Both the position numbers and the translations under genes were made by a program. Below the pieces are notes generated by a model, which searched no databases, had not been told where the DNA came from, and worked only from the letters and a program-made list of their open reading frames with translations. Shown here one piece after another: positions 19,201-30,686 of a stretch of DNA of 64,000 nucleotides; positions within the stretch are counted from its first letter, which is position 1, and each line of letters starts with the position of its first letter. Source of the stretch: Trypanosoma brucei (taxonomy: Eukaryota). The stretch spans positions 896,001-960,000 of the forward strand of contig CP000069.1 of NCBI GenBank assembly GCA_000002445.1, in the 5' to 3' direction.

Positions 19201-21144
19201 CGCATCATATCATTGGTAGTTGAGGCAGCGGGGTTTTCAGCTTCGCGGACAGGTGTCAAGGGGCTCGTCCAGAGACTATTAGGGATGCTCGGGGACCAAA
19301 AGGTCAATTTGCGCGAGGAAGCCGCACGCTTGGCGGGAATTGCGCTGGACTGCTTAGGATTAGAACCAATTCTTCAACACATTCAAAAGCCGCTGATGGC
19401 GGAGTCTCACACTTCGAACTTAGTGGCGTTAGGCCTTATTGAAAAGGGTTTGGAGCAGAACACAGAAGGGAATGTCTCCCGGCGCGCAGTGAATTCTCTA
19501 GTACCCACTATAGTTCGGTTATGCATGAGTCGTATCCTCGAAGTGAGGTCTGCAGCGGAGCGTGTCATTGGTCATGTGCTCCCTTTTGTGGGTGAGGAAA
19601 CGGTGCTACGATCCGTGAAGAACCTTCGACCCGCTGAGCAACAAAGTGTGATGGCTCTTCTAGGTCGTCAACTGCAGCATGCGTTACGGAACGGTAGTGA
19701 CGAAGGGACGCGCGCGCCCTCTGTTTGCTTGAATAACTCAACGAGTCCTCGCTGCTCCAACTCTTCGCCACGATCACAGTGCTCATCAAGAGCTGGAGCA
19801 AGGGAGAGTTGTGCGAATCTTCGAAGCCTTGAAGTATCCGGTGTCGTTCCCCCTGGAAAAATTCCACACATGAACCTTCCAATTATTCAAGCGCAATCGG
19901 CTTCTGAGGCATCTCTAACTAGCGTCACTGCTGCTAGCGCACGTAATGCACAAGGATTTTCTCGTAACGAGGAGCTTCTTTCGATCCAAGAGATGATGGT
20001 AGGTTTGCGGTCTGCTTCTGCCACAGCAGCCATGGCAGCATGCAGTGAATTTCTGCAACGTCTTCCAAACGGCGAAGATTGTGGAACACCCGAAATGATT
20101 CACGTTATGGTAGAGCGACTACACGACAATATCAAGCAACTAAACGTTGAGCTCGCACTCGACATTATTCGGTGTTTGAAAGCGACATTTGAGACAGAGC
20201 GCTGTGCGCAACGCTGCCACACCAGTCTCCTGTTTCGTATGTTAGGTATGATTTTCGAATGTCTGCTGTCGGAATCTTTCTCACTTCACTCTAACGTCAT
20301 CAAAGCTCTGAATAATACAACACTGACACTTCTAGAGCGCTGCCCTCCTAACGATGTGTTCAGTGCATTAATGTCTCGCATGACGATGTACTCTTCAACG
20401 TACATCGAAAATGGGACAAAACCGAGCCTAAAGTACGTTCAAGTAACCGTTAAGTGTTTGATGAGACTCGGTTTTACTTCCATCTCACCGGAGAATGTCA
20501 TCGTCTGTTGTCACGAATATTTGCTACAGCACCCGCCAACTGCCTTTCGTAACTTGGACGACATTTCCATACGAACAGTGAAGACAATTTTGCAAGATTT
20601 CTGCCGACGGTATGGGTTGTCACTCCTTGAGATGACTAATAAGCTCGTCGGATCACAGAACCTTGTTTCACATTTCATCCGATCATGTTTGGATGTGGAA
20701 GAACAGATTGCACAGAGAGATAACGTCAAAGATCCCAACCGCAAGGTGGAATACCTGCAGCAGAGTCGAAAAGTGACGGAAAAGGGGGCGGCTGCCACTC
20801 AGAATGAGCAGGTTAACAACCAAAAAAAAGGTGCACAGCACGTTGACCCGCAAACGTATTGCACTTCACGTGGCAGCTTATCTGAAAGTGCTGCACCGGA
20901 TGATGCGTCTGTTGTTGGAATATTCAGCCGGATTCGTAACCACGAAACAACCAATAGTGGAATTGAGGAGCTGTATCAGTTCATTAAGTGCCATCCACGC
21001 AGTCCAACCTTTGAGAAGCAGTTTCGGCGGTGCTCGGAGGCGTTCCGTTCTTACATCAAAAGAAAAATGGAGTCTCAGATGATGAAGGATGATGACAAGC
21101 CGCCGGGGTTCGCACTTCCTGAGATTCTACGACTCACCGCTTAA
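16279..21144 (+). CDS. XMAP215: XMAP215/ch-TOG/Dis1-family microtubule polymerase (TOG-domain, HEAT-repeat protein)
   Basis: N-terminus LPLDSLLLHKNWKGRKAGFEQV matches the conserved TOG1 start of XMAP215 (..HKLWKARLSGYEE..). About 1600 aa of HEAT-like repeats. The track start at 16219 is GTG; the first ATG is at 16279. Confidence 0.75.
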   Translation: MTNNEGSISPSHSLPNFLMLDAVEEDFTNLPLDSLLLHKNWKGRKAGFEQVRDQPKELRIHLLNKPKKIYAEQNIAAQEALFEALAALVPFCDNDELDVLAGEPLRVVVEKGLTGRSKAAQASFAFALDLVGAGKQTHVFNVLLPAVAHKTPKNRIAATQLCGHIVDLFGVHGLPAKALLKAMQPLFNDPNPQVRKEAANLCCHCYSYIGAGVKSCLTDLREVQLQELEKQFENIVLGRVPRRNIKGIETSTPIKSVAPIVGIASRTDRSNDLDDDAYAACSEEPVVSKIPRTFYLTALDRSARWQDRVAAVQETVLPLISVPKIRQKDDYHELCTMIREYLVDPQAPLMLVGFKCIQEMARSLRNAFAPYARTYLNPLFEKMKDKKTSVVEHVTTTLESLIRYHCITLDQCHDEIDVTLQSRVPNQRLALIQWLSRLTDKLEPTCFNRICRAQPMLSRVLNDEKIENREAAYIFVAKLMALNGEEHFQALLVSLDEKQRAKLVAIINSAANMQCTPSSSPARKAPRLEQRCESIGQRPHSSSVASSCSRSSVCGARGGRLGRALSHNKSLPEQPRVSGMEDAVTLESMLPSKDEAFNLILGLLGGDMTVSVLLTAKEWSSRHCGVLKVKNMVVGWSEKESTDYLDHVVVYLRVDPGWRESIFQVFNAMASVLQEVVNKASKVSPGAGHAIISGCLGRLTDQKSKSVVCDLITSLTKSLGAAFVLRHVVGTLVQIKTPKLLHESNVFMTQLLRSTTVSPSDAKCVVDYVNNHCAEHLFPTVRTTGATLLAIITAGSVASNEDTLEQSANTLGQSENTSLNGTVANASRTGPRREASQASTVTSYQPVRERDENERLRTNSVTTNATEVKPTSHPRHAHVEASRLNSCDKHKKMSAAVDDEENHEAVDIGPQLTLLAKQITGAPDWRTRLEGVKKVEELVFASNKRICPNGVTEIIGALRSRFDETNKNIVVDALRIISLVVEAAGFSASRTGVKGLVQRLLGMLGDQKVNLREEAARLAGIALDCLGLEPILQHIQKPLMAESHTSNLVALGLIEKGLEQNTEGNVSRRAVNSLVPTIVRLCMSRILEVRSAAERVIGHVLPFVGEETVLRSVKNLRPAEQQSVMALLGRQLQHALRNGSDEGTRAPSVCLNNSTSPRCSNSSPRSQCSSRAGARESCANLRSLEVSGVVPPGKIPHMNLPIIQAQSASEASLTSVTAASARNAQGFSRNEELLSIQEMMVGLRSASATAAMAACSEFLQRLPNGEDCGTPEMIHVMVERLHDNIKQLNVELALDIIRCLKATFETERCAQRCHTSLLFRMLGMIFECLLSESFSLHSNVIKALNNTTLTLLERCPPNDVFSALMSRMTMYSSTYIENGTKPSLKYVQVTVKCLMRLGFTSISPENVIVCCHEYLLQHPPTAFRNLDDISIRTVKTILQDFCRRYGLSLLEMTNKLVGSQNLVSHFIRSCLDVEEQIAQRDNVKDPNRKVEYLQQSRKVTEKGAAATQNEQVNNQKKGAQHVDPQTYCTSRGSLSESAAPDDASVVGIFSRIRNHETTNSGIEELYQFIKCHPRSPTFEKQFRRCSEAFRSYIKRKMESQMMKDDDKPPGFALPEILRLTA

Positions 21145-22060
21145 ATTCCTCTCCGTTATTTCCTTCAACACATATACAAGCATGTGTGTATAGATAAATA
21201 TATATACGTACATACTTGTATTCATTTATATTTGTTTATTTATATATTATGTGTCGTAATGTTTCTTTTTATATCTAACTGCGCGTGCGTGAGTAAGCTG
21301 TCATTCATCATTTAAACGAAGATGAAAGGGAGAAAAATAGAGAGGTGTATCCCAGTTGAGAAAAGAAACAACTCATTTGTTGTACAAAATAGAAGCGCTT
21401 ACACTATTGTTAGCGGTATACAATTCCTAAGAAAAAGACAAACATAAGGGGGGAAATCATGGCCTCTTTGTTGCAAGCACATCACCAAAGGAGGAAAAAG
21501 GAAACTGACAGAATAGGGTTGGAGGAAGCGAACGTGGGGGCAGTTAGAGGTGGACCGTGTCAGTGTCAAAGGAAGAATGCAAACGGAAGTAGGGGAGTGT
21601 ATCAGAGAAGAAAGAAGAGGAGATTAATAGGGTACACATATACGTACATACTTTTTTTTCTCGGAAAATGCGAGGTATTCAGACTCGAAGGACGGTACGA
21701 GCGTTCCACAATTTTTCTTGCCGCTTTTTTTTCTTTACCGTTGTCATCAGGGTGCTTGTTCATTTATTCGTGTTATTTAATTTTGTGTGCTCTTCCCCCC
21801 CTTTTCTGCGGTATTAATGTTTCTGATGGTCCCTCTCTTACAATGCTACGGATCCTGAGTGTGCCTCTTATTCGTGTCACGTGTTTCCTAATCTTACTTC
21901 TACTATTACTATTATTTCTACTACTGATTTTCCCATCTTTGCCATTACTGAGTTTGTTATGTTTTAAGTCTCTTTTTTCCTCGCGACGCGGTACCCTTCT
22001 TTCCCCTCATTTTTACTTTCGTTGTTGTTTTTATCTTATGTTGTGGCTTGCTTCATAACT

Positions 22061-22119
22061 GCGCTTCTTTGTCGTTTTCTCTGGTATGGTTTATTTTTTT
22101 TTTCTTTCCCTTTAAGCAG
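22061..22119 (+). promoter_or_regulatory. polypyrimidine tract + AG upstream of IFT46
   Basis: cttctttgtcgttttctctggtatggtttattttttttttctttccctttaAGcAG about 80 nt upstream of the ATG at 22201. Confidence 0.45.
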
Positions 22120-22200
22120 TTACCCAACTTGTGCGGAAAAGCTGTAGAAAAGGATAACCAGAAGCCACATCTTTGACTCCTTAAGCCAGCAACTGCGATA

Positions 22201-23508
22201 ATGCCCCGAGGATCAAGCAAATCCAAGAAGGAGGTATCTGAGGAGCCCAAAACTACAGGCGGGAGCGGTGGTGACGCTACAGAAACAAGTCCTCCCACCC
22301 CAAAAGCAAAGAAGGGAAAGGGTGGAGATAAAATGCTTGTCAACGAGCCGAATGATGAAAAACACACTGTGGAGGATGCACGAACCGTGCAAACACCATC
22401 TGATCACGAGACAAGCGCGGCTAGAAAAAAACCACCCCCAAAGGACGTAAAAGATGAAAAGAAAAGCGAACCTGCTCATGGAGGTGGGAGATTGCTGAAG
22501 AATAACCCCAATGATGAAGTGGTTCCGGTGGAAGGCATGCATAACGTCGCAACACCCCGCTCTGGTCTCATCACAACTGAGAGTGATGGTGCAAAAGGCA
22601 CAATGCTACGAAACGCCCCCCACGACGAAGCGATTCCCGTATCTGGACATGCTATAACAATGGACACACCAAAGAGGACGATTGACGTCCATCCGGGGAC
22701 CATTACCAACACAGACGACGATGATGACCCCAAAAGCACAGAGGAGGAGGAGAGTGTTCCAATCGGCCGTACACGCGGGTATTGCAACCCCAGACCGGAG
22801 GCCATTAACCTGGAGGCGGAAGTACCAGAGACAACAGCTCCAAATCTTGGGTACAAACCACAGGAGTACGCTATGGTGAACGCCAACGCTAGTCGCGAAG
22901 TGCAGGAACTTTTTAAACGCATTCTTGATTATCAACCTCAGACACCAGAACTTCCCGCCAAGCTACGTCCATTTATTCCCGACTACGTTCCTTCCATTGG
23001 CGACCTCGATCCATTCTGTAAGATTCCACGACCTGATGGCAAGCCCGACGGTCTGGGTATATATGTGTTGGATGAACCTTCTGTGGCACAATCTAATCCT
23101 GCCGTAGTCCTACTAGAACTTCGTGCAACAAATATTCATTCCGTTGGTGGCTTAGCGGAAGCTGTGGATTCTTTTGAGGATGCAGCAAATAGACCGGAGG
23201 TGATTGATCGCTGGATAAATGATGTGAAGAAGGTACACTATAAAAAGCCTTTACCCACCATTAACTACCAAAAACCTATGCCTGAGATAGATTTGCTTTT
23301 GCAGGTGTGGCCACAGGAATTCGAAGAATTCCTCAATTCGGATGTGCAGTTCCCACCCCCTCAAATCGATCTTGATTTGGATCAGTATGTGAGGGCCTTG
23401 TGTTGTATTCTCGATATTCCCACTTATACCTCACTTATTGACTCCTTGCACGTGATGTTCACGCTCTATCAGGAGTTTAGGGCGAATCAACACTTTCAAC
23501 ACGAATAG
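22201..23508 (+). CDS. IFT46: intraflagellar transport protein IFT46 (IFT-B core) with an extended, repeat-containing N-terminus
   Basis: The C-terminal 230 aa align closely to IFT46: LRPFIPDYVPSIGDLDPFCKIPRPDGKPDGLGIYVLDEPSVAQSNPAVVLLEL versus human LKPFIPDFIPAVGDIDAFLKVPRPDGKPDNLGLLVLDEPSTKQSDPTVLSLWL, and SLHVMFTLYQEFRANQHF versus SLHLLFSLYSEFKNSQHF. Confidence 0.85.
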   Translation: MPRGSSKSKKEVSEEPKTTGGSGGDATETSPPTPKAKKGKGGDKMLVNEPNDEKHTVEDARTVQTPSDHETSAARKKPPPKDVKDEKKSEPAHGGGRLLKNNPNDEVVPVEGMHNVATPRSGLITTESDGAKGTMLRNAPHDEAIPVSGHAITMDTPKRTIDVHPGTITNTDDDDDPKSTEEEESVPIGRTRGYCNPRPEAINLEAEVPETTAPNLGYKPQEYAMVNANASREVQELFKRILDYQPQTPELPAKLRPFIPDYVPSIGDLDPFCKIPRPDGKPDGLGIYVLDEPSVAQSNPAVVLLELRATNIHSVGGLAEAVDSFEDAANRPEVIDRWINDVKKVHYKKPLPTINYQKPMPEIDLLLQVWPQEFEEFLNSDVQFPPPQIDLDLDQYVRALCCILDIPTYTSLIDSLHVMFTLYQEFRANQHFQHE

Positions 23509-23975
23509 AATTTCTACAAGTTTGCTTCAGTTCAATTGAGGAAGTCAAGGGGTGGAGTGTGGAGGAGGAGGAGGAGGAGAAAGGACGGAAATTGGGGAAT
23601 GATTGCGGAATAGGATACATCAGACAAAAAACAATCAAAAACAAAGTGGAGAGGGAAACCGAGGAGAGAGGAGACAATAAAGACAATATGAGGGTGAAAA
23701 TTGGATGTCGTTGGTTACTAAACGACAAACCAACATCTTCCTTGGTTGCTGGGGACAATAATTCCATACAGTTGTGGGGACCCCACTGCTGTTGTAACTA
23801 CATCTATTGTGAATTATGTGTGGGTTCTACCCTCTTTTACTCTTCATGCACTTTCTATGGCAGTGATTTTTTTTTTTTTACATTTAGTATGCGTAGTTGA
23901 GTACACAAGAAATAATTTCAAGAAAAAAAAATTACAGTACAATTTGGCGCCGTGTGATTTTATCGTTTAATAGTC

Positions 23976-25295
23976 ATGGATTCACCAACTGAGTTTTCTT
24001 GTGGTACACAATGGGATGATGATAGACGAGGGGAGGAACCACTACTTCCAGAACTTACACTGCACGGTTGCGGCCTTCGGAACTTGTCTTTGATAGTGCG
24101 TGGTGCTCAAGGAGCTGTTTATTCGGCACACGACGAGAATGGTAATCGCTTTGCGGTCAAGAGACTTTTCACGCAGCGCAGCGATTTTGGGATTCGTGGC
24201 GTTTCTGAAGGCGCATTGCGGGAAGCGACATTACTGACACTTGTTAGACAGGAAATGGAAAAACTGGTACATGACACCGCTTTTGATGTTGTCCGTCTGC
24301 AGGGAGTGGTTGAAGCACCATACAAAGAACTATGTCTTATTTTGGAGTATTGTTCTCTCGACCTCTCACAGGTGGTCGTCAAGTCTAAGCGTCACACGCG
24401 AAGTTTTCCTTTAGTTGCCGAGGGACCTCAGGTGCGGTGCCCCGTGCTTTCGAATATGGGTGTTGTTCGGTATCTATTGCGCGGAATTCTCCAAATACTC
24501 AACAATCTCCATGTTAATTGCCGTATTATCCATCGTGATGTGAAACTGAGCAACTTTCTCGTTAGAGGGGACGGCAGCGTTAGGTTGAGTGATTTTGGAA
24601 GTGCCCGTTTGCTGCATGAGACTGTAGAGGAAAAGGAAGCAGCTGAGTGCGTTACTAGCGATCCGCAGGATGAAGACGAGGTTGACTGTAGCGATCCGTT
24701 TTCTCACAGCTGCGAAGGTTACACTCCCGCTGCTCAGCGGACAACTTTGATATATCAAGCACCTGAATGTCTACTTGGGGAACGCACGTACACAACTGCT
24801 GTGGACGTATGGGCTGTTGGCATTGTTTTTGCCGAAATATTGCTTCAACGTCACCTCTTCCGTTCTGTCAATGAACTAACGTTGATATCAGACATTTGGA
24901 GGCTTCTAGGAACACCTTCAACTAAAGGCGAAGATCCCAACATTCAGGGCACCAATGGCGTGACATTTGCGGCACCCACTGAACCCACTGTCGACGTAAA
25001 GTTTAATGATGATATTGTTAGTCCGGAGGGACGTGATTTGCTGAAAAAAATGCTTGAAGTGGATCCCAAGAAACGTGTCACGGCAGCGGATGCATTGCGT
25101 CATTCGTTTCTGACCAGCGTAGATGCACAACTGAGTCTAAAGGAGGCCCCTGCGCTGTGGAGAGAAAAAGTAAAAGAATGTTTGGAAGGGGGAACACAGG
25201 CAGTCCCCATGGGGGCTCCATTCCTTGCTTTAGATGACGATGAGGAAGAAGAAGAAGAAGAGGAAGACGTTGACATGAACATGGCCACACTTTGA
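23976..25295 (+). CDS. CMGC-group (CDK/cdc2-related-like) serine/threonine protein kinase with an activation-segment insertion and an acidic C-terminal tail
   Basis: Gly loop RGAQGAVYSA with AVKRL lysine. Catalytic loop IHRDVKLSNFLV. DFGSAR. APE (YQAPECLLGERTYTTAVDVWAVGIVFAEIL). CDK-like ISDIWRLLGTP. Poly-Glu tail DDDEEEEEEEEDVD. Confidence 0.8.
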   Translation: MDSPTEFSCGTQWDDDRRGEEPLLPELTLHGCGLRNLSLIVRGAQGAVYSAHDENGNRFAVKRLFTQRSDFGIRGVSEGALREATLLTLVRQEMEKLVHDTAFDVVRLQGVVEAPYKELCLILEYCSLDLSQVVVKSKRHTRSFPLVAEGPQVRCPVLSNMGVVRYLLRGILQILNNLHVNCRIIHRDVKLSNFLVRGDGSVRLSDFGSARLLHETVEEKEAAECVTSDPQDEDEVDCSDPFSHSCEGYTPAAQRTTLIYQAPECLLGERTYTTAVDVWAVGIVFAEILLQRHLFRSVNELTLISDIWRLLGTPSTKGEDPNIQGTNGVTFAAPTEPTVDVKFNDDIVSPEGRDLLKKMLEVDPKKRVTAADALRHSFLTSVDAQLSLKEAPALWREKVKECLEGGTQAVPMGAPFLALDDDEEEEEEEEDVDMNMATL

Positions 25296-25716
25296 GCGAT
25301 GGTGTTGGTTTTCCCCTGCCCGATTTTCCTTCTCACCACCTCCGACCATGATATGTTTACAGTTTTTTTTTTTAAAAAGCTGTTTGAAACAATGAGGCGG
25401 TAATGAAGTTGAGGTGGACGAATAGTAAATAATGTGAGAAGTGCTACGTGGAAAAGAAGGAATACCGTGCATCGATAAGGTGATTCTGAGCCCACTTTAT
25501 CTCGTTTTTTTTTTTTACCACTGTGTGCTTTGTTAACCCCATTTAACTTCATATAGTCTCATGATAGCTCCCATTTTACAGATGAAAAAAAAAGTAGCCT
25601 CTTTTTCTTAGATATTGTCGTTGTGCTTGTCTAATTCCTTCACCTCGCTTCACTTGTTTGCTATACCTTTTCCATTCTTTCAAAGTTGACGAACATTTTT
25701 GTTTTCAGTAATTTCA

Positions 25717-26607
25717 ATGCAAAAAAATCAGACTGCATATTATCGTACACTCGGTGTCAACCGGGAGGCTACTCAAGAAGAAATAAGTAAAGCATATCGA
25801 ACGCTTGCTATGAAATTACACCCTGACAGACCAGGCGGAAGCATGGAAAAGTTTCAGCTGCTTCAAAGAGCATACGAAGTGCTGGGTAACGAATTCTCTC
25901 GATCCAACTACGATGCGGAGCTCCAAAGACGAAAAAGTAAAAGGATTGGGTTTAAGCGCCCTCCGGATTTGGATGGTGTGCTCATGCCGGTGTACTACAA
26001 ACTTGCTAATGGCGACTTGTACACATTTGAGACGGCAGTAAGTCAAATGGGCTGTACATTCAGGCATGGCGATATTATTTCATTTGGCGAGAAAATGGGC
26101 TGCTTCGTGGGGCTCGCAGGGGATGACTTTTATTATTGGCGCCGAGAGGGCAGCAATCACGCAACCAAACTTTGTCAGAGAGGGAGTTTTGGTGTGGGTT
26201 CCGTCAATTTGGTTATGCGCGCGAATTTACAAAGCTATAACATCTCACAACTACGCACACTTGCTGATGCACCTCTAGGGAGATATCGCCCAACTTCCCC
26301 CGGTCCTACCACTAAAGCCGCCACTCCGAAGGCTGCGGATTGTTCCACCACTAGGACGAACAAATGGGCAACCACGACACCACGGAAAGGGGACTTGAGA
26401 TCGGAATGTGAACTGGCGCGGCTCGCTATCACGCGACAAGTTGAGCAACGCCGTTTTGAAAAAAATGTTCGTGCCTTGTTAAAGAAGGAGCGCGAAGCAC
26501 GTGAATGCATTGACGAAGTTTGTAAAGCGACCATGGAGGATTGCCGCGTGGAGTTTGAAGAAGCATTAAAACAAAAAATTGTGACCGCAAAAACAAGAAG
26601 ATCATAA
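25717..26607 (+). CDS. DnaJ/J-domain protein (J domain only, followed by a basic coiled-coil C-terminus)
   Basis: J domain YYRTLGVNREATQEEISKAYRTLAMKLHPDRPGG...LLQRAYEVLGNEFSRSNYD with the HPD motif. The track start at 25699 is TTG; the first ATG is at 25717. Confidence 0.7.
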   Translation: MQKNQTAYYRTLGVNREATQEEISKAYRTLAMKLHPDRPGGSMEKFQLLQRAYEVLGNEFSRSNYDAELQRRKSKRIGFKRPPDLDGVLMPVYYKLANGDLYTFETAVSQMGCTFRHGDIISFGEKMGCFVGLAGDDFYYWRREGSNHATKLCQRGSFGVGSVNLVMRANLQSYNISQLRTLADAPLGRYRPTSPGPTTKAATPKAADCSTTRTNKWATTTPRKGDLRSECELARLAITRQVEQRRFEKNVRALLKKEREARECIDEVCKATMEDCRVEFEEALKQKIVTAKTRRS

Positions 26608-27895
26608 CCGTGAAGATGTGATATACTTCTCCCTTTCTATAATGATTGCGGAAACAGGGATAAAACGAGAAGGCTTCTGTATTGTGAGTGTCGCGTGAAT
26701 GCAATTTATAGGAATAAAAATAACGCAAAACAAATTGACATGCTTTTAACTGAGTGTTTTCTGAAAAAAAAAATATATCCTTCGTCTTGAAGAAGTTGAA
26801 ACAGTTGGTGGTTGCGACATAACAATTAGAGGAAACAACAAAAATCCCCCCAAAAAACAAAAAGAACAAACGTACGTTGCTTCATTCCGTTGGGCGAAGC
26901 ATACTTCCCTCCGGAGGGAACCTCCACATCGTGTGTTATTGTGTTGCGCATCTCTGTAACGCATTAAAGTTGAAATGTGTGTTTCTTTTTGTGTAAGGGG
27001 ATTTTTTTTCTCACCCTTTTTTCAGTTGACCACTATTGTGTTACATTATGTGTGAGTGTCCGTGGATTGAATATTATCCCTGTATTGTAACTGATATATC
27101 CCTGCGAGTGGGATCGAATCGTAAATTGTTGTTAAAATAAAAGTGCATTCGACGATATGATCCCTATTGGAATGTTGGAATTAATGAAGAGTTTTTTTTT
27201 TTTAAATCGGAGGGAAAGGAGAGGGAAAGGGTCATGCGAGTGGTCACAGGGAATATTTGCGTCTGACACCCTTTTTCGTCAGATGTTGGCGGCAACGTAG
27301 CCTTTGTACGTGTGAGATGGGAAGTGGAGTAAAGGGGGGAGGGAAAATAGAAGTGTAACACAAGTGAAAGTAAATGAGTTTCTTCTGTAATGGTGTTGTT
27401 CTTTTTTTCTTTTTCCTCTCCATACATTTTTTTCCCCGAGTTCGAGTTTTATTACTACAAAGAGGATAGCGGTTCTGTTTGATTTTATTGACGATAAACT
27501 ATGAGTGACTGTACACTGTCTTACAGGTGGGAGGAAAGGGGTTATGTTGTATATTGAGTGTGCTTGCAACTATTTTATTTTCGCAGTTGCATGCTTTCTC
27601 GTGCCGTCGTCAACACTTTTCTGTATGAATTTTTTAATTATTATTTATTAAATGTCGTGTCTTGCTACTTCTCAATCACACTTCCCTTACATACAGGATT
27701 GTTTGATGCATTTGGCATCATTTTCCTTTTTAATCAGCAGTGAAAAACGGTTTAGTGTGGCTTGTGAGAAGGTAGTGGGTCGTTGAAAAGAACCTTCGGA
27801 TCTTACTTGAGGTGACTTCCCCTCTTCAAAGCAGTTGCTTCCTCAACGGTTTATAAATTGCAACTCTCTATTTATTTTTGTTATTTGCATTGTAG

Positions 27896-29239
<1,344 letters not shown>

Positions 29240-29944
29240 TTATTAGGGGAAAGGTAACGCATCAGGGCTGAATAAGGAATAAGGTTTCAATAACACGAAT
29301 CGGTGTCTTTTTTAGTGTTCTTTTGGTATTCTCTTTGTTTTTTTTTCATGCAAACAATGGGAAACATCTAGCCCTACGGATGAGGTTGTTGAATCAAAAT
29401 CCTTTTTTTTAAAAAAAAATTACCCTCGTTGTTAAAACACCTTGGGACAAGTTTGGTGAAAATGAATCAAACACGAAGTGATGCTATTAGTAATTAAGAA
29501 AGGCTTTTAATTTTCCCTCCTTCTCTTTGTTTTAATTCAATCTTTTTAAAAGGGTTGGTGTACACAACCTGCTTCTCTTTTTTTTTCTCTCCCTTAAAAT
29601 TAAGGTCTCTTTGTTACGTCACTCTTACTTATTGCACTATTTTTTTTCCCTTTCCCCCCATCAATTTTGTTTGTCTAATTTTATTTTATTTTTTAATTTA
29701 TCTTTACTCCCCAGAAAATACAGCGAGAACCCATCTGTAGGGTCGGTAAAACTGCGTCCTCTTGTTGATAACAGTTGCCGCAACCCACACAAACACACAG
29801 GTGTAACCAGCAATAATTTTTCACGGTAGAGAGAACACTTAAGTAAGACACATCAACAGGAGGAGGCACTGTAAATTTGAATTTTAAAAAGGGGGAGGGA
29901 AAAAAAAACTAACGGAAAAAAATACCAAAAAAAAAAGAAAGGAC

Positions 29945-30232
29945 ATGTCGGAGACAATACCCGTTTCAGTACAATGCTGTGAGGGCCGATTCGAACTTTC
30001 AGTGGACTCAAACCACACGCTACGTGACGTTTTGCGTCAGTTTAAACGGGAAGTCGCTGCTCTCGATCCAATAAATTTGGAGGAGTATGTTGTGAACCAT
30101 GAAGGTAAATTATTGCTGGACGACAGCGTTACTCTGCAAACAGTTGGAGTGAAAAAAGACAGCGTGTTTGTGCTTGTCAGGAAGGCGTGCTGCCCAGCGG
30201 CCAGTCCAGAAAAGGATGAGGACGATATGTAA
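29945..30232 (+). CDS. small ubiquitin-like (beta-grasp) fold protein, 95 aa, no C-terminal Gly-Gly
   Basis: Pattern of hydrophobic beta strands and a helix comparable to ubiquitin (IPVSVQCCEGRFELSV / TLRDVLRQFKREV / KLLLDDSVTLQTVGVKKDSVFVLVRK). ATG preceded by a purine-rich leader. Confidence 0.4.
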   Translation: MSETIPVSVQCCEGRFELSVDSNHTLRDVLRQFKREVAALDPINLEEYVVNHEGKLLLDDSVTLQTVGVKKDSVFVLVRKACCPAASPEKDEDDM

Positions 30233-30661
30233 TCGGTTCACGCAATATATCTTTGTAAATGTATGTTGATGTGCCATATTTACATGTATATTTGTATGTT
30301 CATATCCATATTCATGTTTGTATTCACACCGTTGTGTGTGTACGTCTATGGTTTGAAGATTGTTGTTTTTTTTTTGTAATAAAATGTTACTTTTTACTTT
30401 CCGTTATTGCAGCAAAGAATATTTTCACATTTGTTCTTTTTTGCCTTCTATTCTCCTTTTTTTCGTTTTTTTGTTGAACTTCATTGTCTTCTTTTTTTTT
30501 TCTGCAGCTCCTTTGTCGACATGTGACCGGTTGTTCTTTCTCTCGTTTTTATGCCATCTCCATTTAACGCTGTTTAGGAGATGATATTAGATAAATTTGT
30601 AAGAATGGTTCTAACGAGATAATGCAGGAACAAGAACGGTGAGGAGGTCATATGTGGGTGC

Positions 30662-30686
30662 GTGTGTGTGTGTGTGTGTGTGTGTG
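30662..30686. repeat. (GT)12 microsatellite in the UBL-Hydin intergenic region
   Basis: gtgtgtgtgtgtgtgtgtgtgtgtg read directly. Confidence 0.9.

Noticed and set aside
16442-19307. Multiple minus-strand ORFs (65-139 aa) inside XMAP215
   Set aside because: They are antisense to a long conserved HEAT-repeat ORF and are typical random ORFs in GC-moderate coding DNA.
21459-22058. 199-aa plus-strand ORF between XMAP215 and IFT46
   Set aside because: The N-terminus is K/R/E-rich from a purine-rich leader and the rest is Leu/Phe/Ser-rich translation of the pyrimidine tract upstream of IFT46 (LLLLLLFLLLIFPSLPLLSLL). This is a low-complexity spacer, not a gene.
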